From positions 1-28,113 of the IMG/VR virus record IMGVR_UViG_3300024308_000054: a DNA stretch of 28,113 bases; one strand, written 5' to 3'. The position numbers and the translations under genes were made by a program. Every line of letters starts with the position of its first letter. Position 1 is the first letter of the stretch. Positions 24,614-28,113 of the stretch are shown here, one piece after another. The notes beneath the pieces are model-generated. The model saw nothing but the letters and a program-made list of their open reading frames with translations, was not told the DNA's origin and made no database searches. Source of the DNA: a virus (taxonomy: Duplodnaviria; Caudoviricetes).

Positions 24614-25416
24614 GCAACGACCACACCGCTGACGAGTGCAAGCGGTTTGCGGGGGAGCGGGAGGCTTTCATGGAGCAATACCCGGCCTCCAAATCGCTTG
24701 GATGGAGCGGTAGCGAGTTTATCCCATCGCGCAACAGCTACTGGCAGCTACAGACCTGCGCACAGGTGAATCTCCTTTGGGAGTGCTGGCAGAAAGCTCG
24801 CGCCGCGCAGCCTGCGCCGGTAGTGCCGGAGGGGTGCATACCGATCCCAACCGTCGAGCAACTGGCCGAGGCGCTGAGCAACGTGGGCGGCTTCCATGAA
24901 ATGAGCGCCGAGCTGATCGCCCCCGACCTGCTGGCGAAATTGCTCGCCGCCGCGCCAGCGCAAGGGCAGCAGGTGGAGTGCCGGGAGTGCGAGCGGTTGC
25001 GTGGAGAACTTGAAGTCAGAATCGCACAGCGCGATGCCGCCCAAACCAGTATCGGCGGCCTGCAGGTGATCATTGAGGATCAGGAAGCCGAACTCTCCGC
25101 GCTCAAGGCGCAGCAGGTGGGGCAGGAGCCAACCGTCAAGGATTGCTTGACAGTTCAGCCTGTCGCATACGCTGTATTTGCTGAAAACGGGAACATTCGT
25201 ATTTGGTGCTCAGACCCGATACAAGCCGAAACCCTTCGGCAGCAGTATGGCGACGATCTGCGACCGCTCTACACCGCCCCCCAGCCAGCGCCAGCTCAGG
25301 ACGTGGCTGGGCTTCGCGCCGCTCTGGTTGAAGCCGCAGGCGCGCTTGATCGCTCGGAGTTCTTTGAGCAGGCCGAGAAGGCCAGGGCCGCCGCCAATAC
25401 TGGAGAAATAGCATGA
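24610..25416 (+). CDS. Mosaic Ead/Ea22-like early protein
   Basis: 268 aa from ATG 24610; 'WQKARAA', 'VVPEG', 'LLAAAP', 'QPVAY', 'PLYTAPQP' modules and a coiled coil. Confidence 0.6.
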   Translation: MSNDHTADECKRFAGEREAFMEQYPASKSLGWSGSEFIPSRNSYWQLQTCAQVNLLWECWQKARAAQPAPVVPEGCIPIPTVEQLAEALSNVGGFHEMSAELIAPDLLAKLLAAAPAQGQQVECRECERLRGELEVRIAQRDAAQTSIGGLQVIIEDQEAELSALKAQQVGQEPTVKDCLTVQPVAYAVFAENGNIRIWCSDPIQAETLRQQYGDDLRPLYTAPQPAPAQDVAGLRAALVEAAGALDRSEFFEQAEKARAAANTGEIA

Positions 25417-25772
25417 ACTACATCCCTGAGTGCCTGCGAAATCTACCGCCACAGAAAAGTAAGCCGGCCGACGCGAAGCGCCGAAAAGCTGCCCGTGAGC
25501 TTGCAGAGATGACAATCATCGAGTGCATCCAGCGACTAAAAGCCGAACGGCGCAGCAAGCCGAAGGACTGGGAGCGCGGTTACAACAGCTCCATTACGGT
25601 TCTGGAGCTTTTCGCCGCCGAGGTGAGCGCAAAGCAATGGGCCGGCACGGAAGGCGCAGTTGTAAACCAAAAGCTTACAACTGCCGGCGATGAAAGATGC
25701 ACTTGCGGTCCTGGCGATGGATGCACGAACTGCATTGCCGCCCACGACAAGCAGAGCGGGGGTGCTGAGTGA
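25413..25772 (+). CDS. Hypothetical protein with C-terminal CxC-x4-CxxC
   Basis: 119 aa; GGAG RBS; ATGA overlap. Confidence 0.6.
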   Translation: MNYIPECLRNLPPQKSKPADAKRRKAARELAEMTIIECIQRLKAERRSKPKDWERGYNSSITVLELFAAEVSAKQWAGTEGAVVNQKLTTAGDERCTCGPGDGCTNCIAAHDKQSGGAE

Positions 25773-25927
25773 TGGGCTGGACATACGAAGTGACCATGTG
25801 GGTGCAGACAAACGACGGTTGGCAGGACGAGTTCGCGTACAGAGGTGAGAGCCTGCTGTCTGCGGTGCTGGCTATCCGGCGCGCACGCAAGATCAGCAGC
25901 TGCGTCCGCTTAACTTGGAGGGGGTGA
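25772..25927 (+). CDS. 51-aa hypothetical protein (not in the ORF track)
   Basis: MGWTYEVTMWVQTNDGWQDEFAYRGESLLSAVLAIRRARKISSCVRLTWRG; TGATG overlap; fills the gap exactly. Confidence 0.6.
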   Translation: MGWTYEVTMWVQTNDGWQDEFAYRGESLLSAVLAIRRARKISSCVRLTWRG

Positions 25928-25929
25928 CC

Positions 25930-26406
25930 ATGACCGACACCATCAAGATCAGCCGCGAGCTTGCCGAGACCATCGAAATGACCTGGCGCATTCACGACAA
26001 GCACAGCGCGCCCACAAGCGAGCGAGGCGCCGAGGCTATCCGTGAAGGCTTGCGTGAGTTGCGCCAGCTACTCGCCACCACTACCACCGACGCCGCCGAT
26101 ATGGGTGGGCAGGCGGGGGAGAAGTTTGCGTGGCGCTTCACTGGTGTTGCGGGTCTTACTCGCTACATCACAGAGTCAAAGTATCAGGCGCTTCGACCAG
26201 GGGAGCGCCGCTGGTATGAGCCATACGAGTGCGCGCACTGTGCCCAGCACCGTCAGCAGGCCGGGAAGTTGGTGGAGGCGTTGCGCAAAATCCACTTCCG
26301 CGCAGACTGCTTTGTTGAGGATGACCGAGATATGCCTGTCACAAGCATTGAGGCAATCGTGAGGATTGCAGGCGAAGCCCTGGCAGCCTGGGATGTGAAG
26401 CCATGA
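25930..26406 (+). CDS. Hypothetical phage protein
   Basis: 158 aa from ATG 25930 with GGAGG/GGGGG RBS. Confidence 0.6.
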   Translation: MTDTIKISRELAETIEMTWRIHDKHSAPTSERGAEAIREGLRELRQLLATTTTDAADMGGQAGEKFAWRFTGVAGLTRYITESKYQALRPGERRWYEPYECAHCAQHRQQAGKLVEALRKIHFRADCFVEDDRDMPVTSIEAIVRIAGEALAAWDVKP

Positions 26407-26597
26407 CCCTCTACCGATCCGAGATTACAGAAGTCGAGATACACGACTTTGAGGGCACTCTCGCCGCCAAGGTGACGTGCCTCGACGATGAGTGCTCAGA
26501 GGTGAAAGTATCGGAGCAACCTCACAACGTCGAATCGTGGCGCGAACTGTCAGCCAAGATCGAAGAAGCACTGCGCCAGATACACCCCGCGAAGTAA
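26403..26597 (+). CDS. Hypothetical acidic protein
   Basis: 64 aa; ATGA overlap. Confidence 0.6.
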   Translation: MTLYRSEITEVEIHDFEGTLAAKVTCLDDECSEVKVSEQPHNVESWRELSAKIEEALRQIHPAK

Positions 26598-26666
26598 CCC
26601 CACCCCACTCAACCAGCTGCCGGCGTTGTCGGCGGTGACGGGCAGCCATTGCCCTGAGGAATCAGC

Positions 26667-26906
26667 ATGGAACCAGAAATCTTGCATGTGCCCGAGCTAG
26701 CAAAGCTGCTGGGCCGCACAGAGTCGTCGATTCGCAGCGCGGTACAGGCTCGGCCGGACTGGCTGCCGCCCTACTTCAAACAAGGGGTTCGGGTCTGCTG
26801 GAGGCTGGAGACAGTGCGCAACTTCCTGCGCGAGTATGAGGCGGGAGAGCACAAGGCTCCGAAGGTAGGCAGGCCACGGCGAGAGCCGCCGCGCCTGGTC
26901 GGCTAG
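26667..26906 (+). CDS. Excisionase / recombination directionality factor (wHTH)
   Basis: 79 aa; LHVPELAKLLGRTESSIRS...PPYFKQG.RVCW; GRPR tail; adjacent to the integrase; GAGGA RBS. Confidence 0.75.
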   Translation: MEPEILHVPELAKLLGRTESSIRSAVQARPDWLPPYFKQGVRVCWRLETVRNFLREYEAGEHKAPKVGRPRREPPRLVG

Positions 26907-27877
26907 CCGAGCTTGTCTGCCAAGGCTGTGGGGGAAAGGTGGGTGTATCGCTTCAACATAGCCAGGGTCTTGTGCCCGGTGATGGCAGCCACTTCCATCA
27001 TGGAAAAACCGCGCTCGAACAGTCGGGACGTGGCCTCATGCCGTAGGTCGTGGAACGTCAGGCCGGAAACGCCGGCTGCAGCGCAGGCCTTGGGGAAGTA
27101 GTTGCTGACAGTGTTCGGCGCAATGCTGAATACCTTGCCGTCGATTCTGGCCGGCAGAGACTTGAACAGTTCCCGGGCTCGACTGGAAAGCGGGACCATG
27201 CGGCGCTCGCCGTTCTTCGTGTCTTCCAACACAGCCACCTTGTCGCGGATCTGCTCACGCCGGAGCAGCAGCAGCTCAGACCGGCGCATTGCAGTATCAG
27301 CGGCAAGCTCGATGATCACCGGCAGTTCCGGGTGCATCTCTGCCGCGGCGGCATAGACCTTCTTCAGCTCAACGGTCGTCGGCCGGCGCTCGCGCGGCTT
27401 GCTGCCCTTCGGCATCCGCAGGTTCTGGCATGGGTTCACCAGGCCTTCCATGCGCCACTCCTTTGCCGCAACGGTGAACAGGTGGCTGATGATGGCCAGG
27501 TCCAGGCGGACAGTTGCAGACGATGCCCCGGCCTTTAGCCGCTCGTCGCGGTAGTCGGCCAGGTCAGACGAGGTGACCTCAGCCAGCGACTTGCCGGCCA
27601 GCGGTAGGGATCGCCACCGCTTGATCCTCGTCGCCTCCTGATCGGCGCCCTTCTTGTTGTCGCTCACCTCGCGCTGGTAGCGCTTCAGTGCTTCATCCAG
27701 GGTGGTGCGCTGCGCTTCCCGGTTGTCGACGAACCGCGAGCGCGAAATGTCCCCCTCGATCTCGGCAGCCCAGCGCTGGGCCTCGGCCTTGGTATCGAAG
27801 GTGGCGGATAGGGTGGGATGACCTTTGCGGCGGATCTGGGCGCGCCAGGCGTTGCCGCGTTTCTCGTAGTACGCCAT
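26903..27877 (-). CDS. int: Prophage integrase (tyrosine recombinase)
   Basis: 324 aa; TAMRRSE, DTKNG, FHDLRHE, ITGHKT and KRY catalytic motifs; short N-terminal arm-binding beta-sheet (WRAQIRRKG); next to the tRNA. Confidence 0.95.
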   Translation of the reverse strand: MAYYEKRGNAWRAQIRRKGHPTLSATFDTKAEAQRWAAEIEGDISRSRFVDNREAQRTTLDEALKRYQREVSDNKKGADQEATRIKRWRSLPLAGKSLAEVTSSDLADYRDERLKAGASSATVRLDLAIISHLFTVAAKEWRMEGLVNPCQNLRMPKGSKPRERRPTTVELKKVYAAAAEMHPELPVIIELAADTAMRRSELLLLRREQIRDKVAVLEDTKNGERRMVPLSSRARELFKSLPARIDGKVFSIAPNTVSNYFPKACAAAGVSGLTFHDLRHEATSRLFERGFSMMEVAAITGHKTLAMLKRYTHLSPTALADKLG

Positions 27878-27884
27878 GCGGCGA

Positions 27885-27941
27885 ACTTTAGCCGGGGGAA
27901 TGGGGGAATGTCACGGAAACCGATTCCCCCATAATTCCCCC
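27885..27941. promoter_or_regulatory. int promoter with four GGGGGAAT repeats (candidate arm-type / Xis sites)
   Basis: GGGGGAAT at 27894 and 27902; ATTCCCCC at 27923 and 27934; minus-strand GTGACA-18-TAAAGT ending 7 nt before the int ATG. Confidence 0.6.
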
Positions 27942-27946
27942 AAAGT

Positions 27947-27983
27947 AAAAAGGCCCCAGACGCGAAAACGTCTGGAGCCCTTT
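27947..27983 (-). terminator. Intrinsic terminator downstream of the tRNA
   Basis: Minus strand GGCTCCAGACG-TTTTCG-CGTCTGGGGCC-TTTTT. Confidence 0.85.
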
Positions 27984-27987
27984 AAAA

Positions 27988-28077
27988 TGGCGGGAAGATA
28001 GGGATTTGAACCCTAGGTGCCATTGCTGACACAACGGATTTCGAATCCGTCCCGTTCGACCACTCCGGCATCTTCCC
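27988..28077 (-). tRNA. tRNA-Ser(CGA); its 3' part is the probable att core
   Basis: 90 nt, GGGAAGA...TCTTCCC-G-CCA; anticodon arm ACGGA-TTCGAAA-TCCGT; long variable arm; T-loop GGTTCAAATCC. Confidence 0.96.
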
Positions 28078-28082
28078 AAAGC

Positions 28083-28098
28083 GGTGCGCATGATACCA
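28083..28098 (-). promoter_or_regulatory. tRNA promoter -10 with GC-rich discriminator
   Basis: TGgTATCAT followed by GCGCACC. Confidence 0.55.
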
Positions 28099-28113
28099 GC
28101 TGAGCGCCTTTAG

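Larger units (their letters stand above)
1..27987. mobile_element. Lambda-like temperate prophage (partial; tail and lysis region continues beyond the left edge), integrated at tRNA-Ser(CGA)
   Basis: Lambdoid gene order int/xis - pL operon - cI/cro/cII - O/P - Q - holins - cos - terminase - portal - capsid - tail; integrase lies next to a tRNA 3' end. Confidence 0.95.

Noticed and set aside
27888-28091. 67-aa ORF over the right end
   Set aside because: Overlaps the tRNA-Ser gene and its terminator

Overview
The window holds about 28 kb of a lambda-like temperate prophage in a GC-rich host, most likely a pseudomonad (inferred from gene families). It is integrated at the 3' end of a tRNA-Ser(CGA) gene at the right edge. 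Read from right to left it contains: the tRNA/att site; an integrase convergent with a Xis-like gene; a long pL early operon of small accessory genes; the immunity region (OL/pL, cI, OR/pR/pRM, cro, cII-like); an antirepressor; O-like and P-like replication genes; a second tyrosine recombinase; a Q/AlpA-like late regulator with a pR'/tR'-like arrangement; two holin-like genes; a lambda-type cos; Nu1/A terminase; W; portal; a fused protease-capsid gene; head-tail connectors; and the start of the major tail gene. The best candidate for a poorly described system is a three-gene cassette directly behind cI, in the position of lambda rexAB. It encodes a STAS-GHKL (RsbW/SpoIIAB-like) kinase, a free STAS protein and a membrane-anchored protein, and it is faced head-on by a LexA-controlled gene. 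Other unusual points are a perfect boxA followed by two long, heavily base-paired non-coding regions with no recognisable N gene, a SutA-like motif fused to tandem HTH repeats, and a predictable 12-nt cohesive end. All calls come from reading motifs by eye; no database search was run.
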